Below are positions 19,771-38,523 of a stretch of DNA of 64,000 bases, in pieces. The notes beneath the pieces were generated by a model that was given only the letters and a program-made list of their open reading frames with translations, did no database searches and was not told where the DNA came from. Every line of letters starts with the position of its first letter. The stretch's first letter is position 1. This DNA is from the human T2T-CHM13v2.0 reference genome, Homo sapiens: assembly GCF_009914755.1 (NCBI RefSeq), contig NC_060931.1; one strand, written 5' to 3'. A program made the translations under genes and the position numbers.

Positions 19771-22700
19771 TTAGTTTTACATGTATAGTGTGTTTAGCTC
19801 TGGCAGCAACTTTTGTAAGATAACCACTTGTATGTATAGTAAGAATTAGAACATCAGGAAGGCAGGCACGTTACTAGAGAGAGTTGACTAAACAAGCAGG
19901 ATTCCACATTAAGGATGTACATCAATCTGTGTACATCAGGTCAGTTCTTGGCCTTGAGTTCATAATTTTAAAAAATTGTATAAGACAATACCTACAAGCC
20001 ACCCTTAGTGATTAAAGAGCAGGATAAAAACAAGAATAATTACACCAATCATATTTATGTTATTAGCCAAGAAAGTAGTCATTTAGGGTGTTTATTTTTC
20101 CAGATGATCTTGTGGGGCTGAGACAAGGAGATGAGGAGTAGGAGGAAGATTCTGTTGCACTAGTTGTTTTTGGCTGAACTTTACAATAACCTGGGGAGCT
20201 TAAAAAAATATTTATGCCAAGGCCCGCCATGGTATGATTTAATTGGTGTGCGATAAGACCTGGATGTTTTGTTTTTTAGAGTTCCCCCAAGTGGTTTTAA
20301 TGTGCCTGCAAGGTACAGAAGATCAGAGAAAGTGAATTATTGGACTGGAAATGGCTACTTAGCCTGCTTTACTGGAGCAGGGAGCTGTGGATTGGAGATT
20401 AATAAAGGGTCTTTGAATCCACAATGGGAAGTCATAATTTGATTCTAGAAGCAGGACTCAGAAGGATATAAAGCTATGGGAATGGTGGTTGAAAAAGTTC
20501 TGACCTCAATAGTTAGGAGCTCTAGAGTCAGTGGGAAAAGCAGCATTCACTTCAGGCTGCAGAGCTGTGTCCAGAGCCTGTGATTAAAAAAAGTTGGCAG
20601 GACTGGGGGAGCACAGATGAGACTGGTACCCTATGCCTATGCTGTATACCTAACTAACTTCCAGAATGGTGAGGCTAGTGCCTCCTTATAAGAGCAGTTT
20701 AGTGAAGAACAAGAAGAGACTTTAGTGACATCCTTACCAACTTGGATTTAACAATAACACATTTTTTTTTTTGTTATTGTTGTTTTTTTTGTTTTGAGAC
20801 GGAGTCTCACTCTGTGGACCAGGCTGGAGTGCACTGGCGCGATCTTGGCTCACTGCAAGCTCCGCCTTTCGGGTTTGCGTCATTCTCTGCCTCAGCCTCC
20901 GGAGTAGCTGGGACTACAGGCGCCTGGCTATTTATTTTATTTTATTTTATTTATTTGTATTTTTAGTAGAGACAGACGTGGTTTCACTGTGTTAGCCAGG
21001 ATGGTCTCTATCTCCTGACCTGGTGATCCGCCTGCCTCAGCCTCCCAAAGTGTTGGGATTACAGGCTTGAGTCACCGCGCCCGGCCAACACTTGGTTTTA
21101 ATGCCTTATTTTTGAATTTGGAAGAACTAGGATGTTTCTGTATAAGCACTAGACTTTATTTTACATGAATTTCGGCCATTAGTAGTAATCAAATCTGCAC
21201 TTGAAAGGTTGCTGGATGCGGTGGCTCATGCCTGTAATCCCAGCACTTTGAGAGGCTGAGGTGGATCACTTGAGGTCAGGAGTTCGAGACTAGCCTGGCC
21301 AACATGGTGAAACCCCGTCTCTACTAAAAATACAAAAATTAGCCGGGGATGGCGGCGCATGCCTGTAATCCCAGCTACTTGGGAGGCTGAGGCAGGAGAA
21401 TCACTTGAACCCAGGAGGCAGAAGTTGCAGTGAGGAGATCGCACCACTGCACTCCAGCCTGGGCAACAGAGCCAGACTCAGTCTCAAGGAAAAAAAAAAA
21501 AAAAAAAGTTGAAATCGAAAGGTTGTCTACTGAGGAGATTCAAGAGAACATATAGCAATTACCAACATAAAACCTGTCATCTGCATAAAGAGTTTCTAAG
21601 CCCTAGGTGTCTGTTGTGTTAGTATGTTAGTAGCATACTCAGTTACCTGAGCAGTGGAGAGATACCATGGAGTCACTAAGAACTGATGAGAAGCCAGTGA
21701 ACTTTACTCATCTACAGTGTCAAAACTTGTAAAGGTAATGAAATGCTTATTTGAAGGAGACTGAGAATGAACTCAAGAGGAAAAAAGTATTTTCTCCAAA
21801 CATTGCATATGTATAAAGCAAAAATTTTCAGAAATAAGAGAAGGAGAACATGTATGTGTTTGGGTGTTTAAGTTTGAAATAAAATGTTGCCAAAAGGAGG
21901 GTCTGTAAAGGGCAGAGATATTAAAAAAATGCCTTTGCTAGAGCAAATTGCCCTAAAACTTTATAATACAAAATATTTGACTGTATTTCTCCCCCAACCC
22001 CACATTAATACTTTCTGCCCCTTTAAGTGGTCTGGGAGCTTTGTCACCTTACTCCTAGTGCCCATCCCCTCCATAAAGCCCTGCCTCTGATTTTTTTTAT
22101 CACACTGAGGCTGTCACTTGTATTGTAACCTAAATTGTTGCTTGGTCCAATGCAGTGGTTCATGCCTGTAACCCCAGCACTTTGGGAGGCCAAGGCAGGC
22201 AGATTGCCTGAGTTCAGGAGTCGAGACCAGCCTGGGCAACATGGTGAAACTCCGTCTCTACTAAAATACAAAAAAATTGGCTGAGTATGGTGGCACGTGC
22301 CTGTAGTCCCAGCTACTCGGGAGGCTGAGGCAGGAGAATAGCTTGAACCCGGGAGGCGGAGGTTGCAGTGATTGGGTGACACAGCAAGACTCTGTCTCCA
22401 AAAAAAAAGAGTTACTCTTCCTTGGAGTTTGGCATAACTAGGCACAGTGTCCTAAAATGAAGGTGGAAAGCTGTGACCAGGGACATGCCAGTGGTGGAGG
22501 AAGCCTGAGAAGCTGAGCTGCCTTCCTTTCCCTATCCCGGTGACCACATTGTACTTCGTAGCCTGCTCATTAAATTAGGTATGGGGCAAAAAACCAAGAT
22601 AGGAGTGCAAATTTGGTTACCCTCTTCACTTAACTAACAGTGAATCTAGAGGTTTTCTTCCTCAAATAAAGCTTTATTGCAGTTGTTGGAAAGACGCAGA

Positions 22701-22790
22701 GCACCAGAAATCTTTAGGAAATAGTAGACATAAATGTTCTGGCGTTGATGCATCCCCTCTCCATTGGCCTCTCCTGTATTTTTTTTTTTT

Positions 22791-23421
<631 letters not shown>

Positions 23422-23917
23422 TCTCCTGTATTCTTTAGTTCAGCATCTATCACTTCAAATATCCTGTCCAGAGCAGTAACAATAAAATTCCTAGGGGAGG
23501 GGATGAAAAGCAGTCAGTTCCCACCTGAGAGACTGAGGGGCCAGGCCTGGGTCCTTCCCTAACAAGAAACGTGTGTTAACCGTGATACATGGCATTTATA
23601 ATCCACTTTATCCAGTTGCTCATTCTGCTCCTCGGTACGTTAGATAACTGTCTCCTAGTCACCCAGTGATTTCCGGAAACCAGTCTTATGACTGAACACT
23701 TCTCCCAGTGCAGGGTCTCTCCCACTCTTGGGGATCTCTCTGTCTCATCAGTCCGTTGATCATGGGAGGACCTATAATGGGGCCCACAGCCTGTGCAGCT
23801 ACAGCAGCTTCCTCCTCATTCCCTGCTTGTTTTCCTTCTGGGAAGTTCTCCTTAATCACTCCCTTCACTACCTTCCTGCTGGTATCCACTACGGCCTTTT
23901 ATGGCCTGTGGTTGCTA

Positions 23918-24585
<668 letters not shown>

Positions 24586-25359
24586 TAACAATGAATGGGA
24601 CCTCTAGCTCTGAGCAACTACTCTGGTCACAAAGGGTGATAGTGTTGATGGCTGCATGAAAATCCACCCGCTGTGAAGGAGAAATGTGAAGTAGACACAC
24701 TACAGCGATGTCTTACTATGTAACAAAGGACATCGTTATAACTAGTTAAGTGCTTAGGAAGGGAAGTCATTTTAAAGGCTTTATACAGAAAAGATAGCAT
24801 AAATGTTTGGGACTAACCTAGTCCTTCCTTTATCACCTCTAGGAAAGAGAAAAGATAGTTGATAATCTACAGTGCAGAAGACGTGTTCTGAAATGTGGCT
24901 CGCTGGTGGAAATGAATTTGCCTAGAGCTTTTCAGACTTAACTTGCCTGGTTCCTCTAATAAAAGTGGACGTGATGTTTACAATCAGGGCCAGGAAGCAG
25001 GGAAGGAAATCACTGACTTCTGGGAGCATGGACTTTACTGGCCTATAAGCTCCTTGAGGATAATCTTAAGTCTGTGAATACTCATTTCTGTATCCTAGAA
25101 GTGTGCCTAGCAGAGAAAGTACTTGGTAACTGTTCTTCTGAATATGGCCTTCTAAGCACATGTCTCACGTAGGCCAATAATGTCCTTTATTTTATGAAGT
25201 GCAGTGGAACTTAAAGGTACTAGCAGGTCTGCTTCCACACAAGGTGATGAGCCTCAGAGATCTCTTCCTTAACAAGACAGGGACTGGTCCTTTAGGAAAA
25301 CAAAGTAAATACTATTTTGAGAATAATTACAAAAACACCTTTTGGGGGTAACTATCTTT

Positions 25360-25610
25360 GCAGAATGCTCGCTATGTGCCAGGCACAATTCTCATTTAAT
25401 TTTACAACATTAAAATAGAGTTGCCATTATTTTCTTCATTTATATATGAAGAGAATGAGGCTCAGAGAAGTTAAATAAGTTGCTCAAAGTCATAGCTAGT
25501 GAGTGGTGATTTTGGGATTTAAACTCAGGTGTATGCAACTGCAAAGCTCACCCTCTTCCTAAACAGTACCTGGCACACAGTAGGTGTTCAATAAATACAT
25601 TTGGAATGAC
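25360..25610. mobile_element. MIR plus L2 3'-end fragments
   Basis: MIR core gaggctcagagaagttaaataagttgctcaaagtcatagctagt; L2 end cctggcacacagtaggtgttcaataaata. Confidence 0.7.
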
Positions 25611-25714
25611 TGAATTTTCCCCTCCTCCATCTTCATCAGCTTATACTGGCCTCTCCCTGGCTCCTCCTCTGACCTGGCCTGATGTTTCAAAGTGACACTG
25701 ACCTGCCTTTAAAG

Positions 25715-26765
<1,051 letters not shown>

Positions 26766-27119
26766 AATTTCAAGGTGTTTGAAGAGGCCACTGTTAAAAT
26801 GCACTGCACCTTACCTGGGAGAAAGAGCTCAGCCCTCTTTTGACACCTTAACATGAATCACTTCTCTATCATCCATAACAGTGCAAAAGCTCTGGGATGG
26901 GTCCAGGTAAATCTGGATTGGGAAGAAGGGGAGTGGGAGGTAAAGTCTGCAAAGGAGTGAGGGAAGGCAGAAGGCCAGAAGAAAGTGTCTGAAGACAGAA
27001 TTACTCCTGCAAAATTTTCACAAGGGTCAGGCACTATTTTCTCCCGGGATGCCCAATACATTTGCAGAATTAACAGTAATCAAGCCCACAGTCCAGGTCC
27101 TCGCATAGTTTGGGCCTTT

Positions 27120-28020
27120 AAAGTCGGCCATCCCAGATTGAGGGGGCCTGACCCCTGGGCGAGGCCGCCGCCTCTCAGTTTTGGGGCGGTGGCGACCCCA
27201 GTCCGGGAGTGGCCCCGGTAGGTCCCCGCAGGCGGGCAGGAGCTCCGAGGCCATTGGCTGGCGCGCGGGCTGCCAAGGGGCGGGGAGCGCCGCCGAAGGG
27301 GACTGTTTGCTCCTACGGGCTGTAGATGGAGCTGTCCGGCCCCGGAGAGGGGGAAGGCGCCTGGAAAACGTTCTTCTTCTCCCTGGCCGACCCGAGCGGG
27401 GAACAGCACTCCCAGGATGCAGTTTGTGTCAACACGGCCGCAGCCTCAGCAGCTGGGCATCCAGGGCCTGGGGCTGGACAGCGGGAGCTGGAGCTGGGCC
27501 CAGGCTCTGCCCCCGGAGGAGGTCTGCCACCAGGAGCCGGCGCTGCGCGGGGAAATGGCCGAGGGAATGCCGCCCATGCAGGTGGGAGAACCCCGCCGGC
27601 GCCATGGCCGCGCTGCCGTGGGGGCGGGGCGCGGGCTGGGCCGCGGGACCGGGCCGCGCCGTCCTCCGGTAGCCTTGCGGCGCCCTCCCAGCTTCCGCGC
27701 CCAGGCGAGGCCCGAGGCGGGCGGGGCACGGCCGGGCTGCGCGGCGGGCAGGACGGAGCGGGCCCGACGCAGGCCCGGAAGGGCAGGCCTGGCCCGCGCG
27801 GCGCGGAGCAGCGGTCGCCGGGCCCAAGTGCGGAGGCCCCGCGGGGCGGGGGCCGGGACCGTCCTTTCCGGGACCTGGCAGAGCTCTGACCCTGTGGCTG
27901 AGCCCCGGCTTGGGGCTCCCTTTGCGCCCGGCCGGCGGAGAGCTTCGCGGGCAGTGCTTCCGCCCGGCCGCAGAAGTGAATGCCTCGTTCGTGTTTACAC
28001 GGTGGCCAATTTGACGGGGA
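27120..28020 (+). promoter_or_regulatory. ZNF282: CpG-island promoter / exon 1 / 5' intron 1 of ZNF282
   Basis: Very high GC and CpG density. Reverse CCAAT (ATTGG 27253-27257) and GC box GGGGCGGGG (27277-27285); no TATA. G-run cluster after the exon 1 donor. Confidence 0.9.
27417..27581 (+). CDS. ZNF282: ZNF282 coding exon 1 (55 aa, MQFVSTRPQP...MAEGMPPMQ)
   Basis: ATG 27417 (A at -3); donor CAG|gtggga at 27582; phase 0 into exon 2. Confidence 0.88.
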
Positions 28021-29237
28021 TATTTTTTAAATGTTTGATTACCACCTTTCACCAAGTGTAATGAGTAATTCACTCTCCCCCTGCACCGGGTGTGATCCAG
28101 GGAGGGGGCCATGGAGAGATGACTTCGGGGTCTTTCCTGCGGTTGACAAACTTGGCCGCATGTTGGAATGGCCTGGGCAGCTTTTAAGACTCCTGAGCCC
28201 TTGCCTCGTCCCAGAGCTCAGGGTCTCTGACGGGTGAGAGTAGCACCAGGCATTTCTTCAGGCTCCATCGATGATCTCCGTGGGCAGAACCGGTGCTCCA
28301 GAATTGGGTATAAAACCAGGGGAGGTGGATCCTCAGAGAGGCCTGAAAGCTTGCCCAGGGAAGACTCTCTGGGCCCACCCTGGGGCTGGGCTGCTCAGGG
28401 GCCCCTCTGCTCACCACGCGGCTCTCAGCCAGGTGCTAACGAGGGAGCCAGGGGCTGCTGTGTTGTGTTTGATCATTTTCAGGGTTAGGGCTTCAAACCC
28501 GAGAAAACTAAACTGGGCCCCGGGACTTTCTTAACTTCTACTGTGGACTCTGTCCCCTTCTGTGGGCTAGGGCGGAGTGGAGCCTCTGTGATGGAGGAAT
28601 GGGTGCTTTTGATGGAAACACCAGCACCTCTTACTGGTATTACAGGGCCTGGCGATCCTAGGGCCCTGCTCTCCACTCTGCTGTGTCCCGGAGCAGGTCT
28701 GCCCCGGAGCAGGGCTGCTCTTGAGTCAGAGAGTGGGGCTGGTCTGCCCAGATCGCCCCAAGCAGCAGGCCTCCCCTTTTCCTAGCCTGAGGGCCTTTTC
28801 TGCAGCCATCGGGAGGACAGAAAATGACACCTCTTCCTGTCCCAGGTGTGAAGGAGAGTCGGCTGCCAGCCCATGTGGTCCAGTGAGCCCTGAGTCTGAC
28901 ACCAGGTCCCAGATGACCAGTGAACTGTCACCAGCCTCAACCAGCCCCCCTTAGCCATAGGTCTCAGCTCTCAATTGCACCAATTAGTTTACCCTTCTGG
29001 GGTGAGGGCTCTGTGCTGGAAGATAAAAGGGGGAGTCCCCAGGCCATGGGGCACCCCTTCCCCAGGAAGCAAGGAGGGGTCCCAGAGGAGTTTTTCTTTC
29101 TCTTGGTCCTCTTGGGTGTGAGGGACATCCCCTCTTCACCTCTAATGAGTGACCTTTTTTAGTGAACCTATTTTCAATTTGGAAAATGTTTATGAAACAG
29201 TAGTTGTATATGGGGGGAAGCTGCTTTTCTGCCCTAG

Positions 29238-29576
<339 letters not shown>

Positions 29577-30159
29577 TGAGCCACTGCACCTGGCCAGGAA
29601 TGTGTTTTTTGTTACCTGCAGCATCTAGAGCTGCCCCAGCTGGCAGTGCAGGGAGGCGCTGCGGAGTGACCAGCTGCCTCCCTGTGCTTCAGTTTCATCA
29701 TCTTTAAGGCAGAGATCATCATTCTTGCCCTAACCTGCTGAGAGATTGCTGGGAAGATTAGCGTCAGCTAACTTACATCAAAGTTCTTGGAAACATAAAA
29801 CACTAGGCAAATACAAAGTTCGTCATTAAGGCTAGCCCTTGAAGAAATCAGTTGGTCTATTCAAAGAAAGTGGCCTGTGACATTTTAGGCAGGGGTTGCA
29901 GCCTTAACTTGCTAAGGGTCAATGTGGGTGAACCAGTGACCAGCCTGACTCACCTAGGCAGGAGATGGGAGAGTGTTGAGTTGGGTGGGTGGGTGAGTGG
30001 GTAGCTGTTGCTGGGGGTGTTAGTGTATCCTGAGTTACGGGGGCCTGGCAGAAGAAAGACGACATGTAGCATCTGATTAGTTGACCCCTGTTCCCAGCTG
30101 ACTTCCCCGGCTCACACAAGGTCTCATCCTGGGTTGTCGCTTTCTCCCTCTGCATACAG

Positions 30160-30579
30160 GCTCAAGAATGGGACATGGACGCCCGGCGGCCAATGCCTTT
30201 TCAGTTCCCACCCTTTCCAGATAGGGCACCTGTCTTCCCCGACCGCATGATGCGAGAGCCCCAGTTGCCCACAGCAGAGATCTCACTCTGGACTGTGGTG
30301 GCTGCCATTCAGGCTGTGGAGAGGAAGGTGGATGCCCAGGCCAGCCAGCTGCTGAACCTGGAGGGGCGCACGGGGACAGCCGAGAAGAAGCTGGCCGACT
30401 GTGAAAAGACGGCCGTGGAATTTGGGAACCACATGGAGAGCAAGTGGGCCGTGCTGGGGACCCTGCTGCAGGAGTACGGGCTGCTGCAGAGGCGGCTGGA
30501 GAACTTGGAGAACTTGCTGCGCAACAGGAACTTCTGGGTCCTGCGGCTGCCCCCGGGCAGCAAGGGGGAGGCCCCCAAG
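30160..30579 (+). CDS. ZNF282: ZNF282 exon 2 (420 nt), DUF3669 coiled-coil domain
   Basis: Acceptor catacag|G and donor AAG|gtatgt. Encodes [16 protein letters not shown]...[25 protein letters not shown], characteristic of the ZNF212/282/398/746/777/783 family. Confidence 0.95.
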
Positions 30580-32079
30580 GTATGTGGTGGTCCCTGGGGC
30601 AGGGATAGAGGTGAGGAACAGCACAGGTGCATAAAATTCTTGATTTCATTTTGTCAGCCCTTCTCATAAACTTCTCTGGCTCCCCGTTATCCAATTTCAG
30701 TGTCTTCTTAAAGCCTGTCTCCACTGAAACAACCTGGTCTTGGACGTTCTACCCCAGCAAGGCTCACTCCATTCATTCCCCACAGTCTGCATTTCTGTCT
30801 GGGAGCCTTTGCTCTCGCTGTTCCTAGACCCCTCTGAGTTGTCTGGTTGTCTGCAAGTTCTTGCAGCTCTTCACTCCTTGGTTTTCCCACTTGACACCTA
30901 CCAGCGATCATGTGTCATTGGCTGTCTTGGTATATGCTCACCGGAATGTGGCTGGAGTCGCACCTCAAACCAGGCTGCCTGGAGTTGCTTTCAAGTCGTG
31001 GTCACTTATCTCAGGGGGGCCCTTCTTAAAGTTCAGAATGCACACTCCGTATCTTACTCCGTTCCCTCTCCTGCTTTCCTCCCGGATCCTCAATGCTGCT
31101 TTTCAGTTCACTGAGAGAACGGAGTCACCCAGAAGAGGCGTCCACATGCAGCCAGCTTGTTCTTCCATCTGCTGCTCGGTGGCCACAGACTCTGCTTTCC
31201 CTTGTTCCTGTGGCTTGATGTCCCCTGCCCACCCCAGGAGGTCACCCCCAGCGTCTCTCTCCTTTCTCCTCTGAGTCATCAGCTCTCCCCCCTCTGCTGG
31301 GCTATTCCCACCAGCATGTGACTGTTCTGTCCTGCTGTCCGTCTTTAACAGAAAACCTCCCTGGGCCCTGCATCTACCTGCATTGGTGCCTCATTTCTCC
31401 ACTCCTCTTTAGAGCAGAACCCCTTGAAAGAGTTGTCTATACTTGTTGTCTCCAATTCTTTCTTCCCCATTTTCTCTCCTTCCCTCCCTTTTCCCCTTCT
31501 CTTTATTATAGAATATTCAAATAAAAATAGACAGAATAGTATAATGGGTCCCCATGTATCCAAATTCCAGCTGCATTAGCTGCTAACTCTTGGCCAGTCT
31601 TGTTTCACCTAAATCCCTGCCCACTTCCCCACTCCCATTTTATTTTGAAGCAAACCCCAGACATTAGTCATTTCCTTTGCAAATATGTCAGTATTAGCTC
31701 AAAAGGTAAAGACTCTTTTTTTTTTAAGTGATAATCTCAATGTTATTACCACCACCACCATAGTAAAAGCTTCAGCCTAGATCACTGTCTAGCCAGTGAT
31801 TAGATTTTCAGTTGTTTCAATTTTTAAAAACATTTTTTTAGTTTGAATTAGGATTCAAGTAATGTCCACACATTATGTTTGAGATGTCTCTTAAGTCTTT
31901 TTTAATCTGCGGGCATCTCTTCCATCTATTATTTTTCCTTTCAGTTTATCTGGAAGGAATTGGGCCACCTGTCCTGTTTTGCATCTCGCTGTCTGGATTC
32001 CACTGATTACGTCCCCTGTGGTCTCATTTAACATGTTCCTCTATTCTCAGTATTCCAGTTGATTGGTAACTGGATCTTT

Positions 32080-34422
<2,343 letters not shown>

Positions 34423-35711
34423 TGAGCCACCGCGCCTGGCCTAATTTTTGTATTTTTTAGTAGAGACAGGGTTTCACCATGTTGTCCAGGCTGGTCTCAA
34501 ACTCCTGACCTCAAGTGATCCATCCGCCTCAGCCTCCCAAAGTGCTGGGATTACAGGCGTGAACCACTGCACCTGGCCTTATGATATTATTCTTAAGTTT
34601 AGTATTGCTTTTTTTGTCTTCTTGGTTGGTTTTCCCCAACCAGAGTGTAAATTCTGCTTGGTTGCCTGCTGCATCCCTGTGCCTGGAATGGTACCTGGCT
34701 TAGACTGGTATGCAAAAAATGTTTGTGGAGTGCCTCTCTCCAGCTGGAGAGCTAACAGCTTCCTGGCAGGGACTGGGTCTTGTGTGTCTCTGTGTCTGCT
34801 GAGGCAACCACCCCAATGACTTTGCCAGAGGAGTTGTTTGACGTTACTCATTGAGGCTTCACAGAACTGAGTTGTAATCGTGGCTCTGGTTCCTCAGCAA
34901 AACATTTCCTGGCACTGCAGCCACAGAGGCTGGTTTTTAGTATGGTTTTGCATATGTCGCTTGTCTAGCACCATCAGCATTTACGTACACACTGCCCTTT
35001 TCTTTTGTCTGTTCTGTGTGTCTCAGCGCATATCCTTGTGTGGCACTGTGGCGTGTTCTGTGTGCTGCATTAGGCATTAGAGGAGACTTGACTTGACAAG
35101 GGCTCTTACAGAATAATGAAATGGTTTTGGGGTCTGGAATCAGAGGACTTGGGTTTAAATCCTGACTTTGCCACTTACTGGTTTTTTGTTTTTTTGGGAC
35201 GGTCTCACATTGTCATCCAGGCTGGAGTACAGTTATACAATCATAGCTCATGCAGCTTTGAACTCCTGGGCTCAAGCAATCCTTCCACCTCAGTCTCTCA
35301 ATTAATTAGGACTATAGGCACATGCCACCACACCCAGTTAAGTTTTTTATTTATTTTTATTCTTTGTAGTGACAGGGTCTTGCTATGTTGCCGAGGCTGG
35401 TCTTGAACTTCTGGGCTCAAGCAGTCTTCCTGCCTTGGCTTCCCAAAGTGCTGGGATTATAGGCTTGAGCCACTGCATGAGGCCTGCTTGTACTGATTTT
35501 CCTATCATTGGTCAAATGTATTTTTTGTTGTTTCTGAGCCTCCTTAATTCCTCTTTTGAAGGAAGTGAAGTATAAACAATTCAGTAAATTCCCAGCTGGT
35601 TTCTCTGAGTTTCAGGGTTATTATCAATAAAACGAAGATGATAATATGCTTACTTCATGGAGTTGTGAGGATTAATTAATTTTATTTGTGGGAAGACACT
35701 ATGTAGATTAT

Positions 35712-35970
35712 TGTGTTAGTTACCTATTGCTGTATAACAGATTACCTCAAAATGTAGCAGCCCAGCCTAAAAAATAATTATTTATCATCTCACCATTTCT
35801 GTGGGTCAGGAACTGGGGAGCAGCTTAGGTGAGTGGGTCTGGCTCAGAGTCCCATGAGGTTACAGTCAAGCTGTTGAATGGGGCAGCAGTTATCTGAAGG
35901 TTTGACTGGGGCTGGAGGGCCTGATTCCGGCATGGCTCACTCACTTACCTGTTGGTGGGAGGCACGTGGT
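35712..35970. mobile_element. MLT1 (MaLR) LTR fragment
   Basis: tgtgttagttacctattgctgtataaca...ttctgtgggtcaggaa signature. Confidence 0.6.
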
Positions 35971-36783
35971 CTTGGGGGAGGAAGAGGAAAAAGTAAAAAA
36001 GACACGTGCCAGATGGACGGGAGGCAACATAATTACGGGAACCAAGCAGGATAAAATTCTAGAAAGATGATTTGACCTTTCGAAGAGGTCAGAATTGTTG
36101 AGGATTTCAACAGAAGGTCGCTGATGATCTTCCAGAGTGTGGTTTCAGAGAATGGAAGGTACAGAGGCAGAATCTAAGGGGGTAAAGAATGCATAGATGG
36201 TGAAGAGGAAAAAACAGAATGTGTCTCTTGGGATGTTCCCAGTGAATGGGGAGGGCAGAGTGACCTGAGGGAGCAGCGTGTTGAGGGAAGGTTTTTCTGA
36301 GGTTGGAATGACCCTGAAGGACGGAGCCAGTAGAGAGGGAGAAACTGATGACTTAGATTAAGCTTCACAGGCAGGAGGTGGAGGAAGAGGTGAAGGGCAC
36401 ATACCGTCGGCCTTGGATTTGCAAGGAGAGGGGCAAGAAAGGAGCTTGCCGGCGCCTACCTGAGATCAAAGACAGACAGATGTGGGAGGTCACTTAAAGG
36501 TCTGGGAGAATGAAACGTTTGAAACAAGCCTCCCGGAGAACATAGCAAGGTGTCAGCAAGAGACAAACAAGAAGCTTCTGAAGCAGCCGTGAGACAGCGG
36601 TATGAATTGGTGGTGGATGTCATCTGCGGAGTTCTAGTAACAGAGAATTAAAATGAAGAAAGGGGGCTGGGCACGGTGGCTCACGCCTGTAATACCAACA
36701 CTTGGGGAGGCCAAGGCAGGCGGATCACGAGGTCAGGAGATCGAGACCATCCTGGCTAACATGGTGAAACCCTGTCTCTACTA

Positions 36784-37261
<478 letters not shown>

Positions 37262-38523
37262 TCAAAAAATAAATAAATAAAAATAAAAATAAAATGAAGA
37301 AAGGGATCTGTATTAATTTTCCCAGGTTGGGGCTTTTCCTGCATCTGGTGGAAGGTCCAGTAGCTAAAGATTCTAGTTCTGATTGTAAAGATGGACAGTG
37401 AGTTGTCAGTCCGTAGGGGTGGGGCCATGGCACTGAGGTGTAGACATCGCACCTGCGCATGGCATTCTCAGAGTTACAAGCACCTGGTAAAAGGGCTGAC
37501 ATTTCTAACTTACATAAAGGTGCTGCCCACTCACCATGCTGAGTAGTGGTAGCTGTGCTCCTGACTTTGCCTTTTCTAACTCACCCCAAGGTGCCATACA
37601 AGCCAGCTTTGGCCCTGTAAATGCAGATACGTAGATGAATGGACTGTAATCACAGGATGGGGGAGGATTGAGGGGTCGGATTTCAGACCGAGAGTGAAAG
37701 GCTGGTTCAGTCGGAATGTGAAAGTGGTAAGAGGGAAGGCTGTGTGTCCAGAGGAGGAAGTTCAGTTATCAAAGTCATGGAAGTGAAACGATTTTGGACA
37801 ATTCGGTCCAAGTTGAGGTCGTGCTGGTGAGTGGCTGAAGTGAGTGATTGCAAACTGAAATCGGCTTTCTGTAACAGATCCGAACACACTTGTCATCAGT
37901 CTGACAAGTGACTGACACCACGCGACGACTCGGGCCGCAGTGGAGCTTCCTGGTGTTGGCACTCGCTGCGCAGCACACTCAAGTATTTATTGATTCCCTA
38001 CTGTATGCTCCTTGATGATCAAGATAGGGTAGTGAACGAAGTGGACCAAGGTCCTGAACCTTAGCACAGGCCTTAGATTTTATATGCTTTGCTGACAAAG
38101 AGGTAACTGTGTGCACAGAGGTGACCTGACCTGAAATACAGGTTTGGTAACCAGGTTTTACTCTACTTGGCTCACGGATACCCACTCTGAGAACCCATTA
38201 CCCCTCTGTCACCCTGAATACCAAAAGAAGCATATTGACTACTCTTTACCCTCAGGTATCCAGTTGACCTAAAAGTGAAATAACAATGGATGTGGCTAAA
38301 TGCTTTTTCTAAAAAGGCAGGGTTGACCATCCGTGTTATTGAAAGCATGAGAAGGTCCGGGACAGAGAGGACTGACTCCACTGAGATGGACAGTGGGGAC
38401 TGGGGAGCCACGGAGAGCAAAGGCCGGGCTTTGGTGGGGAGTGGGTCTTGTGGCCCGCAGGAGAAGGGGAGGTGGTGGGGAGGAACAGGCAGGAGGCGCT
38501 AGATTAACCGCTTGTTGGCTTAG

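Noticed and set aside
27080-28112. Several long overlapping ORFs across the CpG island and intron 1
   Set aside because: GC-rich DNA lacks stop codons; only the spliced main frame and the 27326 uORF are supportable.
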